Positions 24,480-32,000 of a DNA stretch of 32,000 bases are shown piece by piece. The notes below the pieces were generated by a model, which saw nothing but the letters and a program-made list of their open reading frames with translations, did no database searches and had not been told where the DNA came from. The translations under genes were made by a program, and so were the position numbers. This DNA is from Methanocaldococcus jannaschii DSM 2661 (GTDB taxonomy: Archaea; AGJL01; Methanococci; Methanococcales; Methanocaldococcaceae), in contig NC_000909.1 of the NCBI RefSeq assembly GCF_000091665.1, positions 674,048-706,047 on the forward strand, given 5' to 3'. Position 1 is the stretch's first letter, and each line of letters starts with the position of its first letter.

Positions 24480-25001
24480 ATGCTAAACGACCCTTTGGTT
24501 CAGGAAGTTCTTTTTAATATATTTGAAGGAGATGAGAAAGGATTTGAAGTTATTGATGTTCTTTTAGAGAAGGGCGAGACAACAGAAGAAGAGATTGCTA
24601 AAGAACTTGGAGTAAAACTTAATGTAGTTAGAAAACTGCTTTATAAGTTGTATGATGCAAGATTAGTTGATTATAAGAGATGGAAAGATGAAGATACCAA
24701 TTGGTATTCCTACACATGGTTACCAACACTTGAAAAACTTCCTTATGTTGTAAAAAAGAAAATAAATGAGTTAATTAAAGACCTTGAGAAGAAGTTGGAG
24801 TTTGAGAAAAACAACATGTTTTTCTTCTGTCCAAATTGTAATGTGAGATTTACATTTGAAGAGGCAATGGATTATGGCTTTTCGTGTCCAGGTTGTGGAA
24901 ACATGTTGCAGGAATTTGACAATAGTGAATTAATTAAAGATTTAGAGGAGCAAATAAAATTTTTAAAGGAAGAATTAAAGAACAATCCTTTTTTGAAATA
25001 A
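24480..25001 (+). CDS. tfe: Transcription factor E alpha (TFIIE-alpha homolog)
   Basis: The track ORF starts at 24420. The ATG at 24480 (MLNDPLVQEV...) begins 1 nt after the upstream stop and matches the usual TFE N-terminus. It has a winged helix (EEEIAKELGVKLNVVRKLLYKLYDARLVDYKR...WYSYTW) and a zinc ribbon (CPNC...CPGC). Confidence 0.85.
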   Translation: MLNDPLVQEVLFNIFEGDEKGFEVIDVLLEKGETTEEEIAKELGVKLNVVRKLLYKLYDARLVDYKRWKDEDTNWYSYTWLPTLEKLPYVVKKKINELIKDLEKKLEFEKNNMFFFCPNCNVRFTFEEAMDYGFSCPGCGNMLQEFDNSELIKDLEEQIKFLKEELKNNPFLK

Positions 25002-25048
25002 TGTTTTTATGGTGATTATATAAAAATTCCCGTCTGCGGAGTGGGATT

Positions 25049-25558
25049 ATGGAATTTGAAAAAGCCCTTTCTATTTTAAAAAACTTATGCTCTGAGAATG
25101 TGGTGGAACATTGTTTAGCAGTTTCAGAGTATGCTTATGAATTAGCTTTGGCTATAAAAAATAAAGGTTATGAGGTTGATGTTGAACTTGTTAGATTAGG
25201 AGGTTTGTTACATGATATTGGTAGGAGTAGAACTCATGGCATAGAACATGGTGTTGTAGGGGCTGAAATTTTGAGAGAGTTGGGTTTTGATGAAAAACTT
25301 GCATTAATAGCTGAGAGGCATATTGGGGCAGGAATAACAAAGGAGGAGGCAATAGAACTTGGATTACCTCCAAAGGATTATCTACCAATAACATTGGAGG
25401 AAAAAATTGTAGCTCATGCTGATAACTTGATATTTGGAACTAAGAGGGTTGAGATAGATGATGTAATAAAAAAATTTGAAAAAAGATTGGGCAAAAATCA
25501 TCCTTCAATTAAGAGAATTATTCTGCTAAATGATGAGATAAACAATCTTTTAAAATAA
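25049..25558 (+). CDS. HD-domain phosphohydrolase
   Basis: The H...HD...D pattern is present: EHCLAV, LLHDIGR, ERHIGAG, AHADNL. Confidence 0.8.
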   Translation: MEFEKALSILKNLCSENVVEHCLAVSEYAYELALAIKNKGYEVDVELVRLGGLLHDIGRSRTHGIEHGVVGAEILRELGFDEKLALIAERHIGAGITKEEAIELGLPPKDYLPITLEEKIVAHADNLIFGTKRVEIDDVIKKFEKRLGKNHPSIKRIILLNDEINNLLK

Positions 25559-25561
25559 TAT

Positions 25562-26461
25562 TTATGAGAATATTCCTGGAGCGAATTTTAAGATTGTATA
25601 ATATGCTAAAACACCGATTGTCATAGTTACTGCAGAAATTAGGAACATTCTCCCTATTTTTAAACCAAATATTGGAATTGCAAATAAAGCTCCTATAATT
25701 GCCGTTCCCATTTGCACAATTTCAAATCCTTTTGATATATCTTCTGGTTTAACTGGGGGTATTGGAGCTACTCCACTTAACATGCCTGATACTGCTATTA
25801 AATAAGCTCCCAATAATGCGGCAACAGCTGGAATAACTCCACATAATATAATAAAACCAATAGCTAAACCACTTGCTGTAACACTCAATAACTGTCTCTT
25901 ATACATTTTAAAGTCTTCAAGAGTTTTAGCTAATATTTTTAGAGAATCTGACAAATCTCCTCCGTATTTCCTGTTTTCAATCATAATTCTTGCTAACATC
26001 CTTAATACTTTAGAATCATATAAATTGGATACAATTGTCATAGACTCTTCAAAACTTAATTTTTGGTTTTCCATTAAGTATAAAACTTTTCTAAATATAT
26101 CGCTAACTTCCTTTATATTACTTTTAACAACTTCAAGTAATGCTTCGTTTATGGACCTTCCAGATTCGAGGGCTAATATCATAATATAAAGAGCTTGTGG
26201 AATGTTATTCTCAAGAGTTTCTATTTTATTTTCATATAAAATAGATGGAATGAACAATGCAGCTCCCACGTATATAACTACAAATATAATCATACTTTTT
26301 AGGGTTAAGTGTAAATAATATGATATTAGGAGAGGTATCGCAGCTATAATTATTAACAATAATATAAACTTTTTTTCGTCAAAATCCTTACCAAGTTTTT
26401 TAAAGAGTATAATATTCCTTTTTATTGTTCTTTTATATAGAGTTGTCAGGTATTTGGGCAT
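25562..26461 (-). CDS. Type II/IV secretion system F-domain membrane protein (TadC/FlaJ-half-like pilus platform subunit)
   Basis: The 299-aa ORF has N- and C-terminal hydrophobic helices around a soluble helical domain. It is last in an ATPase-TadB-TadC-type gene string. Confidence 0.6.
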   Translation of the reverse strand: MPKYLTTLYKRTIKRNIILFKKLGKDFDEKKFILLLIIIAAIPLLISYYLHLTLKSMIIFVVIYVGAALFIPSILYENKIETLENNIPQALYIMILALESGRSINEALLEVVKSNIKEVSDIFRKVLYLMENQKLSFEESMTIVSNLYDSKVLRMLARIMIENRKYGGDLSDSLKILAKTLEDFKMYKRQLLSVTASGLAIGFIILCGVIPAVAALLGAYLIAVSGMLSGVAPIPPVKPEDISKGFEIVQMGTAIIGALFAIPIFGLKIGRMFLISAVTMTIGVLAYYTILKFAPGIFS

Positions 26462-26481
26462 GCTATCACATTAAATCATTT

Positions 26482-27489
26482 TTATTCTATTTTTAGTTTA
26501 ACAAAAATTCCAAATATTAGTGTTAATAATGGACCAATTTTCAACAGTAGTAGGTTGATAGTGCTCAGTATTCCTGAAAATCCTTGATTACCTATCATAG
26601 TTGATAGTATCATTCCAGTAAAAGGAAGTATCAATCCAACACCAAATGCTAAGTTTCCTAAGTTCTGTATCATAAATTTTGATGAATCTAATTTAACCAT
26701 AGACTCTCTAACTATGTCTTCATATAATTTTCCTAAAAGTAATGGTAGATTACCTTTGTTATAACCTACAATCATCTGGTCGTATAATTTTTTTAATATG
26801 GGAATTCTTGTTCTCATTTTAGCTCTTTCAAGAGCCTCTACTAAGTTGTAACCTCCTATATTGACATCCCTAATTATAGACTTTGCTTCAAATGCTACAA
26901 CTCCGTACTCTCTACTTTTTGAAATAGATTCTAAAACTTCTGGTAGAGACGCTCCTGCTCTAAGTATTGATATCATATATATTAATGTAAATAAGATTTG
27001 AAGCTTTATCTCTCCCTTAAATAATATTAATCTAATTTTTGGATAAAATAGCGATAGTACTAATATAATCCCAGCACCTATCAGTCCATTAACAAATCCT
27101 TGAAGTAGGTTATTGTCCAAAAGTCCCATAAAAAGTAATGCCAAAAAGGTTATAATCATATAGATTACTACCTTTTTAAAGTAGGCTACTTCATCCTTAA
27201 CTCCCATATATCTAAGTTCGTTTCTTGATGGAAATAAATTACCTTTAAATATTTTTGACAATGATTCTGCTGTTTTACCAACGATATCTCCTTCATATAG
27301 TATAAATTCATATTTTTCTATATCAACAAACTCTTCTGGTTCCATATAAACATCATAGAATTCAAGAACTTCTCTTTCTTTTCTTGATTCCTTCAACTCT
27401 TTTAAAGTTTCTATACTAAGTGGTCTTATACCCAACTTATATAATAGTATATCGATTCTTCTCTTTAGTTTTTCAAAAATTCCTTTCAT
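26482..27489 (-). CDS. Type II/IV secretion system F-domain membrane protein (TadB-like pilus platform subunit)
   Basis: The 335-aa ORF has the same architecture as its neighbour and lies immediately downstream of the secretion ATPase. Confidence 0.6.
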   Translation of the reverse strand: MKGIFEKLKRRIDILLYKLGIRPLSIETLKELKESRKEREVLEFYDVYMEPEEFVDIEKYEFILYEGDIVGKTAESLSKIFKGNLFPSRNELRYMGVKDEVAYFKKVVIYMIITFLALLFMGLLDNNLLQGFVNGLIGAGIILVLSLFYPKIRLILFKGEIKLQILFTLIYMISILRAGASLPEVLESISKSREYGVVAFEAKSIIRDVNIGGYNLVEALERAKMRTRIPILKKLYDQMIVGYNKGNLPLLLGKLYEDIVRESMVKLDSSKFMIQNLGNLAFGVGLILPFTGMILSTMIGNQGFSGILSTINLLLLKIGPLLTLIFGIFVKLKIE

Positions 27490-27511
27490 TTAATTCACCA
27501 AGTAGGTAATA

Positions 27512-29611
27512 TCATCTTATCGATCTCAGAAGTTTTTCTGGATCTACCTGGTACCTCATTATGTAATCAGAGACATTTTCAAGTTTTCTAATATTATTTT
27601 TGTACAAGTAACTTAAAACCTTTTTCCTATTTTCTCTGTCTCTTAATAATTCCTCTTTAGTAATCCCCGCTATTTCACAAACTTCTTCTTCCCACATACA
27701 AATTCCTCTTCTTTCTAAACTATCTTTTAAACCATTGTATTCGTAAAGGGTAGTTTTAGCAAATTCATGACCTTCACCACCACCTTTTACAATCTCTACA
27801 ATTCCAAGAATCCTCCTAATCGTTTTTCCAGCTCTTCTAATCCTTTGCTGATTTATAATAAAATTTAATGCTGTTAACATAATCTTTGGAACATTCATTG
27901 GTGGGCTTGTTAATCTTAAAATGGCTTCATCTGCACTATTAGCATGTAATGTTCCAGAACAGTTTGAGACAGCAAAACCTTCGTTTTTTCCAGCGATATA
28001 TGTGTGATTATCTTCAACTGTTAGGTCATATATGTGTCCATTATAATCAACGGTTTCTACTTTAATTACTTCATCTAAATTTATAGTGTTATTTTTTGGA
28101 ATGTAAATATAATCTCCGACCTTTACCATTTCAGCATTTATTTCAAGAACTTCTCCTGTCTTTGATATATAAACAGGATGGTCGTGGGTTAGTGTAATCT
28201 CTCTCCTGTTTTTGGTAGTTATTTTAATCAATTTTCCAGAATATTTTTTTCGCCAAACTCTCAATATTCTTTTATCCTCAATAATTAATGATAATTTATT
28301 GAAACTTTTGATATATATGTTTTCGTTTCCAATATCTATCCACCCAAATCCATTATCTTCTTTTTTTATACTGTTTTTGTATTTTTTAAAGAATTTATCC
28401 ACAAACTCTCCAATGTTTATTATATTCCCATCGGATAAATAAATAGGTTCATCATAAGCTAAAGCCCCATCGTGTCCAGTGTTCATAGCAACTAACAATG
28501 AATGAGCTTCTTTTCCTCTAACCTCTCCAACAAAAATCCTATCAGGTCTCATTCTTAGAGCGTTCTTAATTAAATCATCCATTGTAACTTCATATTCTGG
28601 CATTCCAGGTCTTGCAGGTCTTGTAACCATCTTTATAACATGCTTATGAGGAATCTGCAACTCTGGGGTGTCTTCAATAGTTATGATTCTTTCATTGTAC
28701 ATTGAGAATAGGGATAAGACATTCAATAAAGTTGTTTTTCCAGAACCAGTTCCCCCAGCTATTAAAGTGTTTGCAGGTTTTGCTCCAAAGTAACCCTCAA
28801 CAGCTTGCCATAAAAAAGCGGCAGTGTCGATATCCAAAGTTCCAAAGTTTATTAAATCGATGACAGTTAATGGATTTTTTGAGAATTTTCTTATTGTTAA
28901 TGTAGCTCCGTTCATAGTTATATCTGCTGTGGTAGCATTCACTCTACTTCCATCTGGTAGGAAAGCATCAAGCATTGGAACTCTTGAATCTATTGGTCTA
29001 TTAACTAAATTTGCAATACTTTCAATAATCCTATCAACTTCATTTCTATCTAACACGATATTTGTTTCACACATCTGATGTTTTCTATGAAATACAAAAA
29101 CTGGAACATTGTAACCATTAACCATAACCTCTTCTAATCTATCATCATTTAGTGGAACTTCTAATAAACCAAGCCTTCCAATTACTAAATAAAAGAATTT
29201 TGCTAATGAGTCGATATACGGAATAGCCAAATTATATCTCATGGAGAAATTTGTTAAATACTCTCTTATTTGGTCATATTCTATTAGACCCAAATCACTG
29301 ATTTGAGATTTTATATGATTTAAGTGGTCTTTTGTAAGTTTTGAGAGAGACATATTAATTTTGTCAATTTCAGGGACTAAATAATAAATATAACCCTCCT
29401 CTCTTTTAATTACTACTTCCATTTCTATTTCATCAATTTTTATACTGTAAGTATCTAATATGGTTTCATCATTTCCAACTGTTGCCTTTTTATTAATAGT
29501 TGGATGGGGCTCTATAGGTTTGAGTTTAGTATCACTTGGAATCACTGTTTCAGATTTTTTTTCTTTTTCAATTTTTTCAGATTTTTTCTGTATTTTGTCT
29601 AATATCCCCAT
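27512..29611 (-). CDS. klbA: VirB11/TadA/CpaF-family secretion/pilus ATPase (KlbA-type) interrupted by a mini-intein
   Basis: Walker A GGTGSGKTT and Walker B RPDRIFVGEVRG. The His-box is split as NTGHDG / CSGTLHANS. The track ORF starts at 29677; I prefer ATG 29609-29611 (MGILDKIQKK) with GGTGG at 29618-29622. Confidence 0.9.
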   Translation of the reverse strand: MGILDKIQKKSEKIEKEKKSETVIPSDTKLKPIEPHPTINKKATVGNDETILDTYSIKIDEIEMEVVIKREEGYIYYLVPEIDKINMSLSKLTKDHLNHIKSQISDLGLIEYDQIREYLTNFSMRYNLAIPYIDSLAKFFYLVIGRLGLLEVPLNDDRLEEVMVNGYNVPVFVFHRKHQMCETNIVLDRNEVDRIIESIANLVNRPIDSRVPMLDAFLPDGSRVNATTADITMNGATLTIRKFSKNPLTVIDLINFGTLDIDTAAFLWQAVEGYFGAKPANTLIAGGTGSGKTTLLNVLSLFSMYNERIITIEDTPELQIPHKHVIKMVTRPARPGMPEYEVTMDDLIKNALRMRPDRIFVGEVRGKEAHSLLVAMNTGHDGALAYDEPIYLSDGNIINIGEFVDKFFKKYKNSIKKEDNGFGWIDIGNENIYIKSFNKLSLIIEDKRILRVWRKKYSGKLIKITTKNRREITLTHDHPVYISKTGEVLEINAEMVKVGDYIYIPKNNTINLDEVIKVETVDYNGHIYDLTVEDNHTYIAGKNEGFAVSNCSGTLHANSADEAILRLTSPPMNVPKIMLTALNFIINQQRIRRAGKTIRRILGIVEIVKGGGEGHEFAKTTLYEYNGLKDSLERRGICMWEEEVCEIAGITKEELLRDRENRKKVLSYLYKNNIRKLENVSDYIMRYQVDPEKLLRSIR
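27962..28465 (-). mobile_element. 168-aa mini-intein with Ala at position 1 (no endonuclease domain)
   Basis: Residues 405-572 of the 721-aa track ORF: starts ALAYDEPIYLSDG, has block B LTHDHP and block F/G HIYDLTVEDNHTYIAG...GFAVSN, followed by the +1 Cys. Removal rejoins the conserved ATPase motif TGHDG-CSGTLHA. Confidence 0.85.
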
Positions 29612-29717
29612 TACAAACCACCAGATTATTAATATTACGTAAAAATTAACAAAAATTAACTGATTTTTAATTATCAAGGTTTAACTACACAAAAAGTTAG
29701 CTAACTATTTATAATAT

Positions 29718-31727
29718 CTACAGAGTTACATCAATATCCAAATGCTCGGTTAGTTCCTTGTATCTATTTCTTATTGTTACTTCTGTCACTCCAGCAACTT
29801 CAGCAACTTCCCTCTGAGTTCTTCTACAGCCAAGAAGAACGCTTGCTATATATATTGCTGCAGCAGCAACACCAGTAGGGCCTCTACCGCTTGTTAATCC
29901 TTTTTCAGCCGCTTGTTGCAATATCTGTATAGCTTTGGACTCAACTTCCCCAGGCAATCCAAGTTCAGATGCAAATCTTGGCACATAATCAATTGGATTT
30001 GTTGGGGTTAATTTTATATTTAATTCTCTCGCTAAAAATCTGTAAGTTCTTCCAATTTCTTTCCTATCCACCCTTGATGCTTCGGCAATTTCATCTAAAG
30101 TTCTTGGAACTCTACATCTTCTGCAAGCAGCGTATATAGCGGCTGCAACAACTCCTTCAATACTTCTTCCTCTTATTAATCCTTTCTCAACAGCCCCTCT
30201 ATAAATTATAGCGGCATTCTCTCTTACATGTCTTGGTAGTCCGAGCTTTGATGTAATTCTATCTAATTCTGACAGGGCAAATGCTAAGTTTCTCTCTGCA
30301 GCATCACTGACTCTAATTCTCCTCTGCCATTTTCTTAATCTGTAGAGTTGGGCTCTCTTATTTGCAGATAAATCCTTTCCATAACTATCTTTGTTTCTCC
30401 AATCAATAACTGTTGATAAACCTTTATCGTGGATGGTGTTGTGTAATACAAATCCTCCAAATCCAGCAACGAAGTTTTCTGCATTTGGAACAGTTAAATC
30501 ATAGGCATATCCACTGGTTGGCTCTACCTTATTAATCTCTTTAATTTTTAAGAATATGAAATCAGAGTTTATAAGTTTTTCGAGTTTTCTATTGGTATAT
30601 ATATTTGTTATTCTCCTTACCTCATAAACTTCAATATCATTTATACTCTTTTTATTAATGGTGGCGTTTTCTTTTATTTGTAAAAGTAAGAATATAACAT
30701 CTTCAGCCAACTCCTTTGAGACAAATACTTTTGCATCTTTACCATTAAATATCCCATCTATGAATGATTTTTTTATTTCATAAGGAGATTTAAAGATTAT
30801 AGAGGGAATTCTTTTATTCTTAACTCTCAATTTTTTTAGTAAATTGATAATTTTTTTATTCTTTACTTCAATTTGAATATTTAAATCTTTACTATAGATG
30901 GTTATATCCGAATTCAAAGATTTGAAATAATCAATTGTTTCATTTATAAACTCTTTTTCATTGTAATCATAAGATAATACAATTTTTTTGTCATCATAAT
31001 AACCTTCCGCAATTATGTAACCCAATATTTTACTAAATTTTTTATCTATTTCAATATCTTCTTCAATATTCGGCAATTCTTTTGCTAAAACTAATATATC
31101 TCCAACTTTTAGCTCATCAACTCTTATTGGAACTACCTCATTATCTCTTATGGTAAAGACACTATGGCTTCTGGTAACTCTAACCTTTTTATTCCCTTCA
31201 ACAACTATTTCAAACATCTCACTAACTGGATGCCTTGAAACCTCCGAAACAGGCATGAATTTAAATTTGTAATTGCTGTTAAAGGCAATAACTTCAATAC
31301 CTTTACATTTTGCTATCTCTAAGATGCCCTCTCTTCTAATATTCTCTGAGTTTTCAATAATTTTATCTATAAGTTCTCCAATTTTAACAACTTTTATTTC
31401 TCCATTCTCTTTAATGATTATTGGTTCGTTGTAATCAACACTATAAGTCATAGGAGCTCCAACTCTACATCTTTTAATCTTTTGCTCATGGTCAAATGCC
31501 CTCCATTCTGGTCCAATATCAAATAATTTTTCTTTGATAACACATCCACATTTAGCACAGACTATTTCAGCCCTTTCATAATCTTTAACAACTTCTTTAC
31601 TACCACAAATTGGACAAACAATCTCTTCCTCTCTAACATTTTCTTCTTTTTTTTCAGATTTTTCAACTTTTGTTGTGAGTTTTTTTTCTTTTGTTGTTTC
31701 ATTTTCTTTGGTTTTGAGAGCCTCCAT
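29718..31727 (-). CDS. tfb: Transcription initiation factor B (TFIIB homolog) interrupted by an intein
   Basis: Zinc ribbon CPICGS...CAKCGC, B-finger/linker GPEWRAFD...RVGAPMTY, then [11 protein letters not shown] after the intein and two cyclin repeats. The track ORF starts at 31739; ATG at 31725-31727 (MEALKTKE) has GGTGTGG upstream. Confidence 0.95.
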   Translation of the reverse strand: MEALKTKENETTKEKKLTTKVEKSEKKEENVREEEIVCPICGSKEVVKDYERAEIVCAKCGCVIKEKLFDIGPEWRAFDHEQKIKRCRVGAPMTYSVDYNEPIIIKENGEIKVVKIGELIDKIIENSENIRREGILEIAKCKGIEVIAFNSNYKFKFMPVSEVSRHPVSEMFEIVVEGNKKVRVTRSHSVFTIRDNEVVPIRVDELKVGDILVLAKELPNIEEDIEIDKKFSKILGYIIAEGYYDDKKIVLSYDYNEKEFINETIDYFKSLNSDITIYSKDLNIQIEVKNKKIINLLKKLRVKNKRIPSIIFKSPYEIKKSFIDGIFNGKDAKVFVSKELAEDVIFLLLQIKENATINKKSINDIEVYEVRRITNIYTNRKLEKLINSDFIFLKIKEINKVEPTSGYAYDLTVPNAENFVAGFGGFVLHNTIHDKGLSTVIDWRNKDSYGKDLSANKRAQLYRLRKWQRRIRVSDAAERNLAFALSELDRITSKLGLPRHVRENAAIIYRGAVEKGLIRGRSIEGVVAAAIYAACRRCRVPRTLDEIAEASRVDRKEIGRTYRFLARELNIKLTPTNPIDYVPRFASELGLPGEVESKAIQILQQAAEKGLTSGRGPTGVAAAAIYIASVLLGCRRTQREVAEVAGVTEVTIRNRYKELTEHLDIDVTL
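30438..31442 (-). mobile_element. 335-aa intein with LAGLIDADG homing-endonuclease domain
   Basis: Residues 100-434 of the track ORF: starts [10 protein letters not shown], has block B TRSHS and LAGLIDADG-like motifs [13 protein letters not shown] and [14 protein letters not shown]. It ends [10 protein letters not shown] followed by the +1 Thr. Confidence 0.9.
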
Positions 31728-31745
31728 AAGCCACACCATTTAAAT

Positions 31746-31991
31746 TTAATTTTTCTTCTCAGTATTTTTATATTTAGATTTATCGTTTTTTATATATGCA
31801 GTTCCAGAAACTTCTATATCTTTGTTAATAGGGAGTATTTTTATATAGGGCTTAGCAACTGGGCCAAAAATATCAACTACCTTACCAATCTTTTTGTTCT
31901 TAAAAATAACTACTGAACCAATCTTTATCTCTCTCTTTCCTCTGGCTATTAAGAAACCCTTTGGCGTTTTGTGAAGTATCTCTACTTTCAA
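31746..31991 (-). CDS. gar1: H/ACA RNP protein Gar1
   Basis: GKVVDIFGPVAKPYIKI is the Gar1 core motif. TTG start at 31989-31991 is preceded by GGGAG. The frame stays open to the window edge, so a longer N-terminus cannot be excluded. Confidence 0.75.
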   Translation of the reverse strand: MKVEILHKTPKGFLIARGKREIKIGSVVIFKNKKIGKVVDIFGPVAKPYIKILPINKDIEVSGTAYIKNDKSKYKNTEKKN

Positions 31992-32000
31992 ATTGCTCCC

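Noticed and set aside
1-32000. rRNA, tRNA or CRISPR loci
   Set aside because: I scanned intergenic regions for GC-rich cloverleaf-sized segments and for regularly spaced repeats. The only GC-rich non-coding islands are those tied to the IS element and the 16317-16348 hairpin.

Overview
This AT-rich, tightly packed archaeal window looks like a hyperthermophilic methanogen. From memory it resembles the Methanocaldococcus jannaschii region around MJ0748 to MJ0782.1, which I could not verify here. Most genes are on the minus strand and nearly all have a GGTG(A) Shine-Dalgarno-like box 4-7 nt upstream. Recognisable genes are a partial fprA missing from the ORF track, two tandem polyferredoxin-like membrane Fe-S proteins, hcp, a NikR-like regulator, cofE, cbiL, mptA, an ATP-grasp protein, TFE, an HD hydrolase, a TadA/TadB/TadC-like pilus assembly trio, TFB and gar1. 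Both the pilus ATPase and TFB carry inteins. Accessory content includes a TnpB-only IS200/IS605-type element (split tnpB, strong end hairpin, GC-rich structured segment over the tnpB stop). It also includes a tyrosine-recombinase plus HTH cassette and a six-gene operon of secreted or membrane proteins with Cys/His-rich termini around a DUF2202 ferritin-like protein. The most interesting region is 18.4-22.4 kb. It holds two unusually long non-coding gaps: one has a 31/32-matching 32-nt inverted repeat pair flanking 312 bp of very A+T-rich DNA, the other has six co-oriented TTTGATTCA boxes. Both also carry dispersed TTTTCGAATTTTCGAA motifs and are bracketed by three winged-helix proteins, one of them a divergent Orc1/Cdc6-like AAA+ ATPase. 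I read this as a candidate replication origin with a lineage-specific initiator module; a foldback mobile element is the main alternative. Three genes (tnpB, CGGC-domain, possibly DUF2202) appear split by frameshifts. No rRNA, tRNA or CRISPR array was seen.
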